Shown: piece by piece, positions 47,443 through 57,220 of the stretch | Position numbering within the stretch: the stretch's first letter is position 1 | How the letters are laid out: each line of letters begins with the position of its first letter | Assembly: GCA_016788785.1 (NCBI GenBank) | Contig: JAEUSM010000017.1 | Span: forward strand, 77,676 to 141,675 | Length of the DNA stretch: 64,000 nt | From: Candidatus Kapaibacterium sp. | GTDB lineage: Bacteria > Bacteroidota > Ignavibacteria > Kapaibacteriales > JAEUSM01 | Direction of reading: 5' to 3' | Program-made: the position numbers and the translations under genes | The notes under the pieces: generated by a model | What the model was told of the DNA's origin: nothing | The model's database searches: none | Seen by the model: the letters and a program-made list of their open reading frames with translations, nothing else

Positions 47443-48021
47443 CTAATTATTAATAATAATTCTCATGCTTTCTAAATTTTCAAATGTTCGAAGAACCAAT
47501 TGATATTCACCATTTGGAATATTCTTTAACGGAATTTGAAATCTATGTTGTCCAATTTCTACATTTTGATTGAATAGATTATAATCCATGGGACTATTAA
47601 TTGAAAGTAAACTAATTTCAACAAAAGAAACGTTAAAAAGTTTGAAACCAATTTCTAATAAAATATCTTTTTTATTGAACTCTGCTGTTAAGCTTAATGG
47701 TCCTTGTGATTGAAACTGATTTTGAGTTTTACTCCAAGTCCCATTATTTACTATAGAATATTTTTCACCTGATAAAGTTTCATACTCAATAGTCAGCGGT
47801 TTTTGTGCATTTACAAACTTTGAAAAGTATTTACTACTTGGTAATACATTAATTTCTGTCCATGTAGATTTCCCATTAAATTCGAAAATTGACCCATCAA
47901 CTCGTTTAATTATAAATACAACATTGTTTTCTAATACGTTCTCGTCAAAAATATTTTTTTTTGTTTGCGAAAATGAAGAAGATATACAAATTATAAATGT
48001 AAAGAGACATATGACTTTCAT
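47443..48021 (-). CDS. Small secreted protein with T9SS-CTD/FlgD-like C-terminal Ig domain
   Basis: Signal peptide; C-terminal IGFKL...VEISLL...GQHRFQIPLKNIPNGEYQLVL...IIIN. Confidence 0.65.
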   Translation of the reverse strand: MKVICLFTFIICISSSFSQTKKNIFDENVLENNVVFIIKRVDGSIFEFNGKSTWTEINVLPSSKYFSKFVNAQKPLTIEYETLSGEKYSIVNNGTWSKTQNQFQSQGPLSLTAEFNKKDILLEIGFKLFNVSFVEISLLSINSPMDYNLFNQNVEIGQHRFQIPLKNIPNGEYQLVLRTFENLESMRIIINN

Positions 48022-48026
48022 TAAGC

Positions 48027-49496
48027 TTATTCCTTTATAAATACTGATTGAATTATAGATTTGTTATTTTTGAAAATCATAACAATGTAACATCCACTAA
48101 TCAGATTTTCTGTATTTATTCTAATTTGATTTTCATTAGAAAATGTTCGTTCTTCTTTAACTACATTTCCATTTATGTCACTTAGTTTATAGAATATTTC
48201 TTGATTATTACCAATTTTTGAATTTTGAATGGTAATTATTTTTTCAAAAGAAACTGGATTTGGGTACAATTGGATATTTTCTATTTCTCTATCTTTGATA
48301 GAAGTTATATTATCAGGAAAAAATTGTAATAAGGGAGGACCATTTCTTCCAGCGTAAATACTTTTTGTTTCACCTGAATAATCTATAAAAGAATAGGATG
48401 GTGACTCTAACATGAAACTACTATTACCTCCATTATAGAATATAGAATTTTTAAATATAGTCTCATTAGTATATTCTGTAAAAACTTTTCTGTCTGAGTG
48501 AAGTTTATATATTGAAGGATAGAAATGTGGTTTAATTTTTAAATGAGAATAAACAAACCAAATATTATCTTCATCATCAATAGAAAAAGAATTAGAACGA
48601 TATGTACTTTTTTGTATACCTATATTGTCATTGTATAGAAAAATAGTACCATCTTGTTTTATCTCTACTAAACCAACGAAATTTATGAATAACTTTCTAA
48701 TTCCAGTGGAATCTTCTTTAATTTCATCATACGATTGAGTTAACAACCAAAATGAACCTTTTGAATCAAACAAATAGTCAGTGAATCTAACATTCTCTTG
48801 TATGAATCCAAAGTTTTTAAGATTTGGAATAGTGTCCTTCCTTAATATATTACCTTCAACAGAATATGTAACATATTCCCATTTGTATTTTCTATCTGCT
48901 TCTTCAAAGGTAAGAATAGTATATGTACCATTCTTATTTAACTTTAGTTTTTGATACGCAGAAAAAAAACCTTCTTGGGGTTCAGACCAGCGTGACTTAA
49001 CAGTTGTAAAAACACCATTTTTAAACTTTAGTAACTCATGATAAATTTTTCCAATATGAACTACACTCCCTGTACTTCCAACAACTATCTGTGAAAAAGC
49101 AGTAATCAATAACGATGAATCTGCTAATTCAATCATTCCTTCGAATCTGCGACGATGATATAAAGTATCGTAAATTGCATGCTTTTTCCAATCTTTTCCA
49201 TCATATTCCCAAAGATGATATTGACCAGTAACATAAAGATTATCTGTATACTTTGAAAATATACATTGTGAATTGTGTAAATGAATCGTCGGCATAGTAT
49301 CTTGAGATATATTTTGCCAATTTTTTCCATTGAAGAACTGAGTTGTTATAATGTCATTACCATTTTGGGGTATACTAAATGTTAATGCTTTGTTCCCCTT
49401 TGTAGACAATGAACTAGTTGCTCCAACAAAGGATGAATCAAAAATTTGAGCATTTAATGAAACTGTAAAAACAAAAAATAGAATTATTGTTTTCAT
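48027..49496 (-). CDS. T9SS type A CTD protein, probable beta-propeller
   Basis: Signal peptide MKTIILFF (ATG 49496); FDSKGSFWL and IDDEDNIWF blade motifs; CTD LYPNPV...DINGNVV...ENLISGCYIV...FIKE. Confidence 0.8.
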   Translation of the reverse strand: MKTIILFFVFTVSLNAQIFDSSFVGATSSLSTKGNKALTFSIPQNGNDIITTQFFNGKNWQNISQDTMPTIHLHNSQCIFSKYTDNLYVTGQYHLWEYDGKDWKKHAIYDTLYHRRRFEGMIELADSSLLITAFSQIVVGSTGSVVHIGKIYHELLKFKNGVFTTVKSRWSEPQEGFFSAYQKLKLNKNGTYTILTFEEADRKYKWEYVTYSVEGNILRKDTIPNLKNFGFIQENVRFTDYLFDSKGSFWLLTQSYDEIKEDSTGIRKLFINFVGLVEIKQDGTIFLYNDNIGIQKSTYRSNSFSIDDEDNIWFVYSHLKIKPHFYPSIYKLHSDRKVFTEYTNETIFKNSIFYNGGNSSFMLESPSYSFIDYSGETKSIYAGRNGPPLLQFFPDNITSIKDREIENIQLYPNPVSFEKIITIQNSKIGNNQEIFYKLSDINGNVVKEERTFSNENQIRINTENLISGCYIVMIFKNNKSIIQSVFIKE

Positions 49497-49497
49497 T

Positions 49498-50280
49498 TTA
49501 GCATCCATCCTGACAAGGAATATCATAATCATCTTGTTTTGTACATTGAGGAGTTTTTTTTGCTCTGCTAATCGATAAAGATCTAATTTCTACAATCATT
49601 CTTTTTATTGGTGGGTTAACCGGAGCAGGATCAATTACTTCCCATCTTCGTAATTGATACGTTTTTTGACAACAGACAGTACCACACGGTTGCCACTTGT
49701 AAATATGTAGAGAATCTGCACCAAAAAGAGTTGAATCGATAGGTAGTGGTGGATCATATCCTGTATCACATTCTACTGCCTTTCTCCATACATAGTAACT
49801 GCATTTTAGCCAAACACCACATGAAGCCTTATATAACTGCACAACCGGAGTGGTCACTTGACCTGTTTCTTCCCATTCCATAAAATCATTGTTATTATAA
49901 TGGTGCTGCAATAAATAAATATCTGCCAAATCGCTAAAGGCATTATACTGATAGTGATATCTATTTATACTATCTAGGAATCTGCCGTTATCTAATGCAA
50001 TGGCAGAATCTATATACATTTGGTTAATTCCATTACATATTCTGTATCGATAATATATATGTCCAGTTATTCCACTTCCCATATTTCCTAAATAATTAGA
50101 ATAACTCCAATCTACGGTACAAGAGTCAGAGTCTGCACAGTTAAGTGTATCTTGCGAATACACATTTTCGACGGTAAAGATGAGTAAGAATACACTCATC
50201 CACATAATTAGTTTGAGGATTTGGTTCATCCCTTGTTGTTTTGTAGAATGTTCCAACGAAGAAAGACGATTTGGTTTCAT
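49498..50280 (-). CDS. Secreted cysteine-rich hypothetical protein (paralog A)
   Basis: Signal peptide ending VYS-Q (alternative start 50229); 12 Cys; shares motifs with 46677..47432. Confidence 0.8.
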   Translation of the reverse strand: MKPNRLSSLEHSTKQQGMNQILKLIMWMSVFLLIFTVENVYSQDTLNCADSDSCTVDWSYSNYLGNMGSGITGHIYYRYRICNGINQMYIDSAIALDNGRFLDSINRYHYQYNAFSDLADIYLLQHHYNNNDFMEWEETGQVTTPVVQLYKASCGVWLKCSYYVWRKAVECDTGYDPPLPIDSTLFGADSLHIYKWQPCGTVCCQKTYQLRRWEVIDPAPVNPPIKRMIVEIRSLSISRAKKTPQCTKQDDYDIPCQDGC

Positions 50281-50599
50281 AGGAGACTCTAATGAATTGT
50301 AAAAAATGTGATTTACATATAAACCACTTTGAAATAGAATTCTTTCAAAGTTACGAAATAAATTTTACATTGTGCAAACTTTGAAACAAAAAATTTCTTT
50401 ACTAATATCATTAAGATACTCTTAAGCTCGGTTTATGGGGGGGTAAGGTTGAAATTTTTATCTATTTTAAGGAAAATTTTATCTTTAGCCTATTCTAAAA
50501 TTCAATTACTCTATTTGGATATAGGGTTTGTTTCAATATTCCTTTATTCTCAATTGATTTTGTATGCGATTAGGTGTTGTGAATTTTTAATTTTAAAAT

Positions 50600-50645
50600 A
50601 AAAAAAGCCCCAATCACATCATTATAATGAAGTGATTGGAGCTTT
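50600..50645 (-). terminator. Intrinsic terminator after the carboxyltransferase
   Basis: AAAGCCCCAATCAC...GTGATTGGAGCTTT imperfect stem with U tail on the minus strand. Confidence 0.65.
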
Positions 50646-50664
50646 GATTTTGATATAGGTACCT

Positions 50665-52326
50665 TTATACTTGCACTACTCCGGCTTTCCATTCGGGGAT
50701 GGAGTCGTTGTGGGAGGCTACTTCCAATCCACGTGAGACGATAAAGCGAGTGTCTAATGGAGAGACAATGCCGTCTACCCACAAGCGTGATGCTGCATAG
50801 ATGGGAGTGGTTGTTTGGGAATATTTGGCAGTGATTTCGTTCAAAAGTTCCTGTTGTTCTTCTTGTGTGATTTCTTTGTCAGCTCGTTGCATCGATGCCA
50901 ATTTGATGGTCAGCAGTGTTTTGGAGGCTTGAGCTCCACCCATCACCGCTATCAGGGACGTTGGATATGCATAAATAAGACGTGGGTCGTATGCTTTGCC
51001 ACACATTGCATAGTTCCCAGCACCATAGGAATTGCCAACGATGAAAGTAAATTTGGGAACGACAGAATTGGAAACCGCATTCACGAGTTTTGCTCCGTCT
51101 TTGATGATGCCACCTTGTTCGGCACGAGTACCAACCATAAATCCAGTAACATCTTGCATAAATACCAACGGAATATGGCGTTGATTGCAATTCATAATAA
51201 ACCGGGCAGCCTTATCAGCCGAATCAGAATAAATCACACCTCCAACGTGCATTTCACCTTTTCCAGTTCGGGCAATCTCGCGATTATTCGCGACAATACC
51301 AACTGCCCACCCATCAATCCGAGCATACCCACAAATAATGGTTTTGCCGTAATCAGGTTTATATTCATCTAATTCGGAATTGTCCAAAATACGAGCCAAC
51401 ACCTGATACATACTATAGGGCTTTGCTCTATCAGCAGGAATAATTCCCAAAATTTCATTCGGATCAAAAAGCGGTGGTTTAGATTCGATTCTATCAAAAA
51501 GCTTCTTTTTACCTTTTGCAGGTCCGAATTTTCCAACCAAAGAACGGATGGTTGCGATTGCTTCTTCGTCATTTGCCACTTTGTGATCAATAACTCCACT
51601 TACGGCTGAATGCATCGTCGCACCACCTAATGGCTCAATGGTTGTTTTCTCACCAATTGCAGCTTCCACCAAAGCTGGTCCAGCCAAAAACACACTACCA
51701 GTTCCTTCGACGATAATCGCCTCATCCGACATAATCGGCAAATACGCTCCACCTGCAACGCATGGTCCCATAATAGCAGCGATTTGCGGAACACCCATAG
51801 CACTGAGTTGGGCGTTATTGCGAAATTGACGTCCAAAATGTTCTTTATCAGGAAAAATTTCATCTTGCATTGGCAAAAAAACACCTGCAGAATCCACAAG
51901 GTAAATGACCGGTAACTTATTTTCAAGAGCAATTTCTTGAGCTCGCATATTCTTTTTCGCCGTAATGGGAAACCATGCACCGGCTTTCACCGTCGCATCG
52001 TTAGCAACAATCATACACTCGCGACCTTCGATAACTCCAATACCCGTAACAACTCCGCCAGAAGGACATCCACCTTGCTCTTCATACATCCCTTCGCCAA
52101 CATAAAGACCAATTTCCAAAAACTGTGAACCTTCATCAACCAATAAGTTGATACGTTCACGTGCTGTGAGTTTACCTTTTGCTTTATGTTTTGCAATGGA
52201 TTTTTCACCACCACCAGTTTTGATAATGTTACCACGTTCATCAATCATTCGCCATAATTGCATATTAGCGTCATAATTGATTTCGTATTGAAGGTCGTGT
52301 TGTACTTCTGAGCCTATAGTTGCCAT
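50665..52326 (-). CDS. Acyl-CoA carboxylase carboxyltransferase subunit (methylcrotonyl-CoA carboxylase beta-like)
   Basis: GKLTARERI, ANDATVKAG, YLVDSAG, CVAGGAY, GSYGAG-like GNSYGAGNYAMCG, ASRLWVDG; start set at ATG 52326. Confidence 0.9.
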   Translation of the reverse strand: MATIGSEVQHDLQYEINYDANMQLWRMIDERGNIIKTGGGEKSIAKHKAKGKLTARERINLLVDEGSQFLEIGLYVGEGMYEEQGGCPSGGVVTGIGVIEGRECMIVANDATVKAGAWFPITAKKNMRAQEIALENKLPVIYLVDSAGVFLPMQDEIFPDKEHFGRQFRNNAQLSAMGVPQIAAIMGPCVAGGAYLPIMSDEAIIVEGTGSVFLAGPALVEAAIGEKTTIEPLGGATMHSAVSGVIDHKVANDEEAIATIRSLVGKFGPAKGKKKLFDRIESKPPLFDPNEILGIIPADRAKPYSMYQVLARILDNSELDEYKPDYGKTIICGYARIDGWAVGIVANNREIARTGKGEMHVGGVIYSDSADKAARFIMNCNQRHIPLVFMQDVTGFMVGTRAEQGGIIKDGAKLVNAVSNSVVPKFTFIVGNSYGAGNYAMCGKAYDPRLIYAYPTSLIAVMGGAQASKTLLTIKLASMQRADKEITQEEQQELLNEITAKYSQTTTPIYAASRLWVDGIVSPLDTRFIVSRGLEVASHNDSIPEWKAGVVQV

Positions 52327-52336
52327 ACGGTATATA

Positions 52337-54469
52337 TTAAATTTGAATTGGAGAATTAGTTGAAAGTGATTCGATAATTGCAAACGTAGTTTTTGTTACC
52401 AAGTACAATTGCTCAAATGGAATTGGCATTTCTTTTCCGTTTTTGATAGCGTCAATTGTTGCGAAGACTTCTTCTTTTTGACCCTTCGAACCATCGAATT
52501 TGAAACGAGAATTGGATTTGTTTTTGTACACATCAACTGTTTGAAAATTATTCATTATCGCACTTTTATTTTCACAATGAACTTCGCAATATTCTTTTGA
52601 TAACGAAGAATCCCCATTAGCAAGATAGGAAATTGAGCCAACCGATCCATCACTGAATGATATAATAATAGAAACATTATCGTAATTGGAAATGGCAGTG
52701 CTATCACTTTGAATTGATTTTGCGAAAACGGACACAGGTTTTGCTTGAGTAAGAAACAGCAATGTATCAACAAAATGGCACACTTCACCAATAATACGTC
52801 CACCTTGTTCTGCATGTTGCACCCATAATGTTTTCGGTACAAACCCAGCATTGACGCGATAATGAATCATCATCGGTTCATTTCTATATTGAAATACGGA
52901 TGCAACCTTTGCAAATGACGCACTAAAACGGCGGTTGAAACCGACCATTACCCTACCATTATGTTTGGCAACAGCCTCAGCAATTTGTTTTAATTCAGCT
53001 GAACTTAGACACAACGGCTTTTCGACAAAAACTGGTTTGTTTTTTTCAATTGCCGCAAGAACATATTGAAAATGGGAATCATGACGAGATGCACAGAAGA
53101 TAGTCGTAACATCGTTATTTGCAATTATCTCATCAGGAGAACTTACCGCAAATTGAAAACCATTTCTTTCTGCAGCAGATCGTGAACTGGTTGGAGTGCT
53201 ATTTGCAACACTATGAAGTTGAATACCTTTTTCTTTGAGCGGTGGCAAAAGCATCGATTGTGCAAAATTCCCTAATCCAATAAACCCAACGGAAATTGAG
53301 GAAGTTGCTGCGAAGCTTTTTGCAATTACAACGGATTGAACAGGTACTTTAGAAATATCATATTGAAGTAAAATTCCCAAAGAAAATTCTTTTGATTCGC
53401 CAGTTACCAATCCGTACGCTTTTTGAACGCCATCTAATTGAAACGTATGGGTCGTTAAGGCTTTAAAATCCAATGCACCTTGTGAAAGCAAATCCAAAAT
53501 TGCTTCCATATTTCTATTTTCTGTCCAACGAACATATCCAACAGGATAATCAATACCCTCTTCTTCGTAGAGTGGGTCGTAACGACCGGGACCATAACTA
53601 CACGAAATTTTTAATTCAATTTCTTTTTCGTAAAATGGAGAACGTGGTACATTCATACTAACCGCACCGACAACAACAACACTCGATTTTTTTCGAGCCA
53701 TTGTTATTGCCAATTCTACTGGCTGATTGCTGGAGGTACCTGCAGTAATGATAACAGCATCCGTTCCATACCCACGAGTGAAAGAGTTGATGGTTGGCAA
53801 AGACTCAGATGTACTTGGCAAAACAAGGTCGCAACCATTTTTTTCAGCAATTGGGAATAGTGAAGTATCAATATCTAACCCAATAACCTTACAGCCTGAA
53901 CTTTTAAGAAGTTGCACAGTGATTTGTCCTAAAAGCCCCAAACCAACAACTGCAACAGTCTCACCCAAACGAATATCCGCTTGACGAACACCTTGTAGGG
54001 CAATCGAAGCTAATGTTGTATATGCTGCATCTTCGAATGAAACAGAATCAGGAAGTTTGCAAACAAGATTTTTTGGAATGGAAACATATTCTGCGTGGTT
54101 TGCATATCCTGCACCTGCACAGGCAACCCGGTCACCAATGGCAAATTCTTCACAGCGAGATTCCACCACAACACCACTAACACTATATCCTAAAGATTTA
54201 TAGGAATCTAATTTCGATTGAATTTTATCGTATGTTTGTTTCAATCCATCTTTTTTCACCATATCAATGACTTGGCGAACTGCTGCAGGTTGCTTTTTAG
54301 CACGTTGTAACATAGACCCTTGAGAGTTCGTTACCGAAGTTCGTTCTGTCCCTGCACTAATAAGTGAGTAAAAAGTTTTTACAATTACACTATTGGGTTG
54401 ACATTGTGGGTGAGGAACTTCGACTGCGGAAACAATCCCTGTTTTTTGGTGTTGAACTACTTGTAGCAT
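52337..54469 (-). CDS. Bi-domain oxidoreductase (MDR-type dehydrogenase fused to Gfo/Idh/MocA)
   Basis: SLISAGTE, GLGLLG, SCSYGPGRYD, RWTENRN; then GLGNFA, FVEKP, VGFNRRF, GEVCHFVD. Confidence 0.88.
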   Translation of the reverse strand: MLQVVQHQKTGIVSAVEVPHPQCQPNSVIVKTFYSLISAGTERTSVTNSQGSMLQRAKKQPAAVRQVIDMVKKDGLKQTYDKIQSKLDSYKSLGYSVSGVVVESRCEEFAIGDRVACAGAGYANHAEYVSIPKNLVCKLPDSVSFEDAAYTTLASIALQGVRQADIRLGETVAVVGLGLLGQITVQLLKSSGCKVIGLDIDTSLFPIAEKNGCDLVLPSTSESLPTINSFTRGYGTDAVIITAGTSSNQPVELAITMARKKSSVVVVGAVSMNVPRSPFYEKEIELKISCSYGPGRYDPLYEEEGIDYPVGYVRWTENRNMEAILDLLSQGALDFKALTTHTFQLDGVQKAYGLVTGESKEFSLGILLQYDISKVPVQSVVIAKSFAATSSISVGFIGLGNFAQSMLLPPLKEKGIQLHSVANSTPTSSRSAAERNGFQFAVSSPDEIIANNDVTTIFCASRHDSHFQYVLAAIEKNKPVFVEKPLCLSSAELKQIAEAVAKHNGRVMVGFNRRFSASFAKVASVFQYRNEPMMIHYRVNAGFVPKTLWVQHAEQGGRIIGEVCHFVDTLLFLTQAKPVSVFAKSIQSDSTAISNYDNVSIIISFSDGSVGSISYLANGDSSLSKEYCEVHCENKSAIMNNFQTVDVYKNKSNSRFKFDGSKGQKEEVFATIDAIKNGKEMPIPFEQLYLVTKTTFAIIESLSTNSPIQI

Positions 54470-54475
54470 TCTTTA

Positions 54476-55771
54476 TTATTCTTCAGTTTCTTGATTGGTT
54501 GGTAAAAATATGATAGTATTCCACTGATCATTGGAAAGATACTCTTGAGAAACATTCAAGATATCATCTTCAGAAACAGCGTCAATTTTTTCTAACGTTG
54601 ATTGAATATTTTCGTACGTATCATTGTCGGCTTCGGTTTTCAGTAAAGAATTCATCAAAGAAGACATACTTTCCATTGAAAGAATGATATTTGTTTTTAA
54701 CTGTTCTTTGGAACGTTTTAATTCCGATTTTGATATTTTTTTCTGCGAAAAAAGGTCTAATTCTTTAGCAATTTGAGATTGAACCTTTTTTACGGTTGAT
54801 TCTTCCAGACCTGCGTAAATAGAACACGTTCCACAATCGGTCATTAATTGCAAATTAGAATAGATGGTGTAGGCATTACCGTATTTTTCACGAATATTTT
54901 GATACAACCTCGAACTCATACCCTCACCTAAGGCGTAATTATAAACGGAAAGTGCATACCGTTCATTTGACAAAGAATCTGGAGTTTTTGCTGTCATCAA
55001 AATATGAGCCTGTTGAAACGGTTTTTCAACTGTTTGAATGATACCTTTTGTAGTAGCACCGACTTTGGTTCTATTTTTAGGTTGCAGAAACGATTGAGGT
55101 TCAAGAAAGAAATATCGTTCAGCTAAAGCACAAACTACATCGTGATTAACATTTCCAGTAGCAGAAATAACAATTGATTTTGGAGAAAAAAAGGTTTGAT
55201 GAAAGTTTCGGAGCGTTTCTTCTGTAATTTGTTGCACACTTTGTTCGGTACCAGCAATTGGCATTGCCAAAGGATGATCAGCAAAAAGTATCGTATCTCC
55301 TATGTCAGAAATTAATTCTTCTGGATCATCATTATAAGATTTGATTTCTTCAATGATAACACCACGTTCTTTTTCTATATCATTTACATCAAACGCAGGA
55401 TGGAGAACTAAATCTGAAAGTTGTTGAAAAATTTTTGAAAAATAGGGTGTTAATGCACGTACATAAAAGCAAATAGATTCTTTCGTTGTATAGGCATTGG
55501 TATAGGCACCAATATTCTCAAAATCTTGAGCAATTTTGCGAGCAGAACGAGTGAGAGTTCTACGAAAAGCGATATGTTCAAAAAAATGAGCAGTTCCATT
55601 GATAAAATGTTCATCATCCCGACTACCTGCATTGACCATAAATCCTAAGGAAAATGATTCCACTGTAGGAATATGTTCTGTTACAATACGAAGTCCGTTA
55701 GGTAAAACAGTTCTTTGAATCGTTGTTCCAGAAAAATGTTGGGATGGATAATGCTGTTTTTTATGTCTCAC
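54476..55771 (-). CDS. M16 family zinc metallopeptidase
   Basis: LPNGLRIV, AHFFEH (HxxEH), NAYT, GMSSRLYQNIRE; start uncertain (GTG 55771 chosen). Confidence 0.92.
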   Translation of the reverse strand: MRHKKQHYPSQHFSGTTIQRTVLPNGLRIVTEHIPTVESFSLGFMVNAGSRDDEHFINGTAHFFEHIAFRRTLTRSARKIAQDFENIGAYTNAYTTKESICFYVRALTPYFSKIFQQLSDLVLHPAFDVNDIEKERGVIIEEIKSYNDDPEELISDIGDTILFADHPLAMPIAGTEQSVQQITEETLRNFHQTFFSPKSIVISATGNVNHDVVCALAERYFFLEPQSFLQPKNRTKVGATTKGIIQTVEKPFQQAHILMTAKTPDSLSNERYALSVYNYALGEGMSSRLYQNIREKYGNAYTIYSNLQLMTDCGTCSIYAGLEESTVKKVQSQIAKELDLFSQKKISKSELKRSKEQLKTNIILSMESMSSLMNSLLKTEADNDTYENIQSTLEKIDAVSEDDILNVSQEYLSNDQWNTIIFLPTNQETEE

Positions 55772-55808
55772 GTTGTAGTTTTTCTTAGAAGAATACCTAC
55801 AAAAATAC

Positions 55809-55845
55809 AAAAAAAAAGCCATGTTCTTATGAAAAGAACATGGCT
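55809..55845 (-). terminator. Intrinsic terminator after the fibre-like gene
   Basis: AGCCATGTTCTT-loop-AAGAACATGGCT with an A run on the + strand side. Confidence 0.85.
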
Positions 55846-55864
55846 ATGAAAAAACTAATAAAGA

Positions 55865-57166
55865 TTAGATATTTCTAACAAAACCAGTAACAGTCCAAAT
55901 ACCGTCGATGTGAACTAATGTAATACCATAAGTTTCACCAGCAACAATTACTTGGTTAGCAAGACCAGGAACGTTACCACCAGTAAAGCCAGTACCAGTA
56001 CCTAATAAATTAGAATAGTGGATAAACATAACTTGACCGTTTACACCACCGTTAATTGTGATAGCATCATCATTAGCATTTGCATCAGCATTAATACGAA
56101 CTGCAGAGAATAAACTAGCGTCAACAGTAATTGCATCAGCAACAACATTTTGTTGAGCAGTTGCAGCGTGACCTAGTTTGAAACCACCAGCCGTAATTGT
56201 AACAGCATTAGCAGTTGCATTAGTTGCAGTAAGACCAGCATTGAAAGTAGCAGCACTAGCGAAAGTACCTGGAGTAGACCAACCAAGGCTACGAGTAGCA
56301 AGATTATACGTTAAAACAGTACCATCTACAGTTGGAGCAGTAACCCAACGAAGAGAGTCATTAGCACCAGTACGAGCTAAAATTGAGTTATCACCAGTTG
56401 TGTAAGGTCCACCTAAAAGACCATTACGTTGGATAGCAAGTTTACGCTGAGTAATTGCTGTATCTTGAACTTTGTTTGTAGTAACAGCTGAATCACGAAT
56501 ATTCATATTCATAACTGCACCAGTTGCTAGTGTTGGGTTAGGATAAGATGCAGCTAAAGCACCACCTGCTTGACCAGATGGAGGTAAAGTTGCATTTGGA
56601 GATAACTTAGCTTGAGTAATTGCACCGTCAGCAATTTTAGCAGTAGTAATTGCATTGTTTGCAACCATTGGATTTGGGTATTCACCAGTTAAATCACCAC
56701 CAGCATTCCCCATTGGGATAGCCATAACACCAGTTGCAAGCATTGATTGTGTAACAGCACCATCAGCCATGCTCATAGCCATTTGAGCCATTTGAGCATT
56801 AGTTGCAGACATTGCGTACGGAGAAGAAGTCAAAGCAAAACGTGCATTGAAGCCAACGTTTAACACATTAACATCTAAGAAGTATTGTTTGTCAAATGGA
56901 ACACCATTTAACGACTGAACACTACCTAAAACAGTAGCAAATACACCGTCAACTACGTCAACTACTTGTGATTCTTGCCATACAGCAGTTCCACCAGCAG
57001 ATGTTTCATAAAGACCGAAAACAAAACTGTAAGTACCAGTTGATAACGGTTGACCGTTTGAAAATACCATACCTTGGTAGCTCATTCTGTCAACTTGAGC
57101 GAAAGTTAGAAGTGGAGTCGCGACAATCATCGCAACAACCGCTAAATGAAGCATAAATTTCTTCAT
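55865..57166 (-). CDS. Secreted repetitive fibre/adhesin-like protein
   Basis: ACAGGAG SD then MKKFML; signal peptide; SYQG...WQE...DGVF...LGS...PYA N-domain; AxxA repeats; 2x GxAGGxLxxxYPNP; several AITxxKxxD decamers. Confidence 0.75.
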   Translation of the reverse strand: MKKFMLHLAVVAMIVATPLLTFAQVDRMSYQGMVFSNGQPLSTGTYSFVFGLYETSAGGTAVWQESQVVDVVDGVFATVLGSVQSLNGVPFDKQYFLDVNVLNVGFNARFALTSSPYAMSATNAQMAQMAMSMADGAVTQSMLATGVMAIPMGNAGGDLTGEYPNPMVANNAITTAKIADGAITQAKLSPNATLPPSGQAGGALAASYPNPTLATGAVMNMNIRDSAVTTNKVQDTAITQRKLAIQRNGLLGGPYTTGDNSILARTGANDSLRWVTAPTVDGTVLTYNLATRSLGWSTPGTFASAATFNAGLTATNATANAVTITAGGFKLGHAATAQQNVVADAITVDASLFSAVRINADANANDDAITINGGVNGQVMFIHYSNLLGTGTGFTGGNVPGLANQVIVAGETYGITLVHIDGIWTVTGFVRNI

Positions 57167-57220
57167 TGAAAAACTCCTGTTAAATAGATTATAATATAAT
57201 TTCAAAATTTAAATACGTTT

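Noticed and set aside
46621-50352. TTTCAAAGTT near both ends of the AT-rich island as an att or target duplication
   Set aside because: Only 10 bp in very AT-rich DNA and no recombinase present, so likely chance
50815-52244. Several overlapping alternative-frame and antisense ORFs (and similar short ORFs throughout the track)
   Set aside because: Shadows of well-supported genes with no recognisable motifs
55865-57166. Prophage tail fibre
   Set aside because: Has a Sec signal peptide and host-like expression signals, with no phage genes nearby
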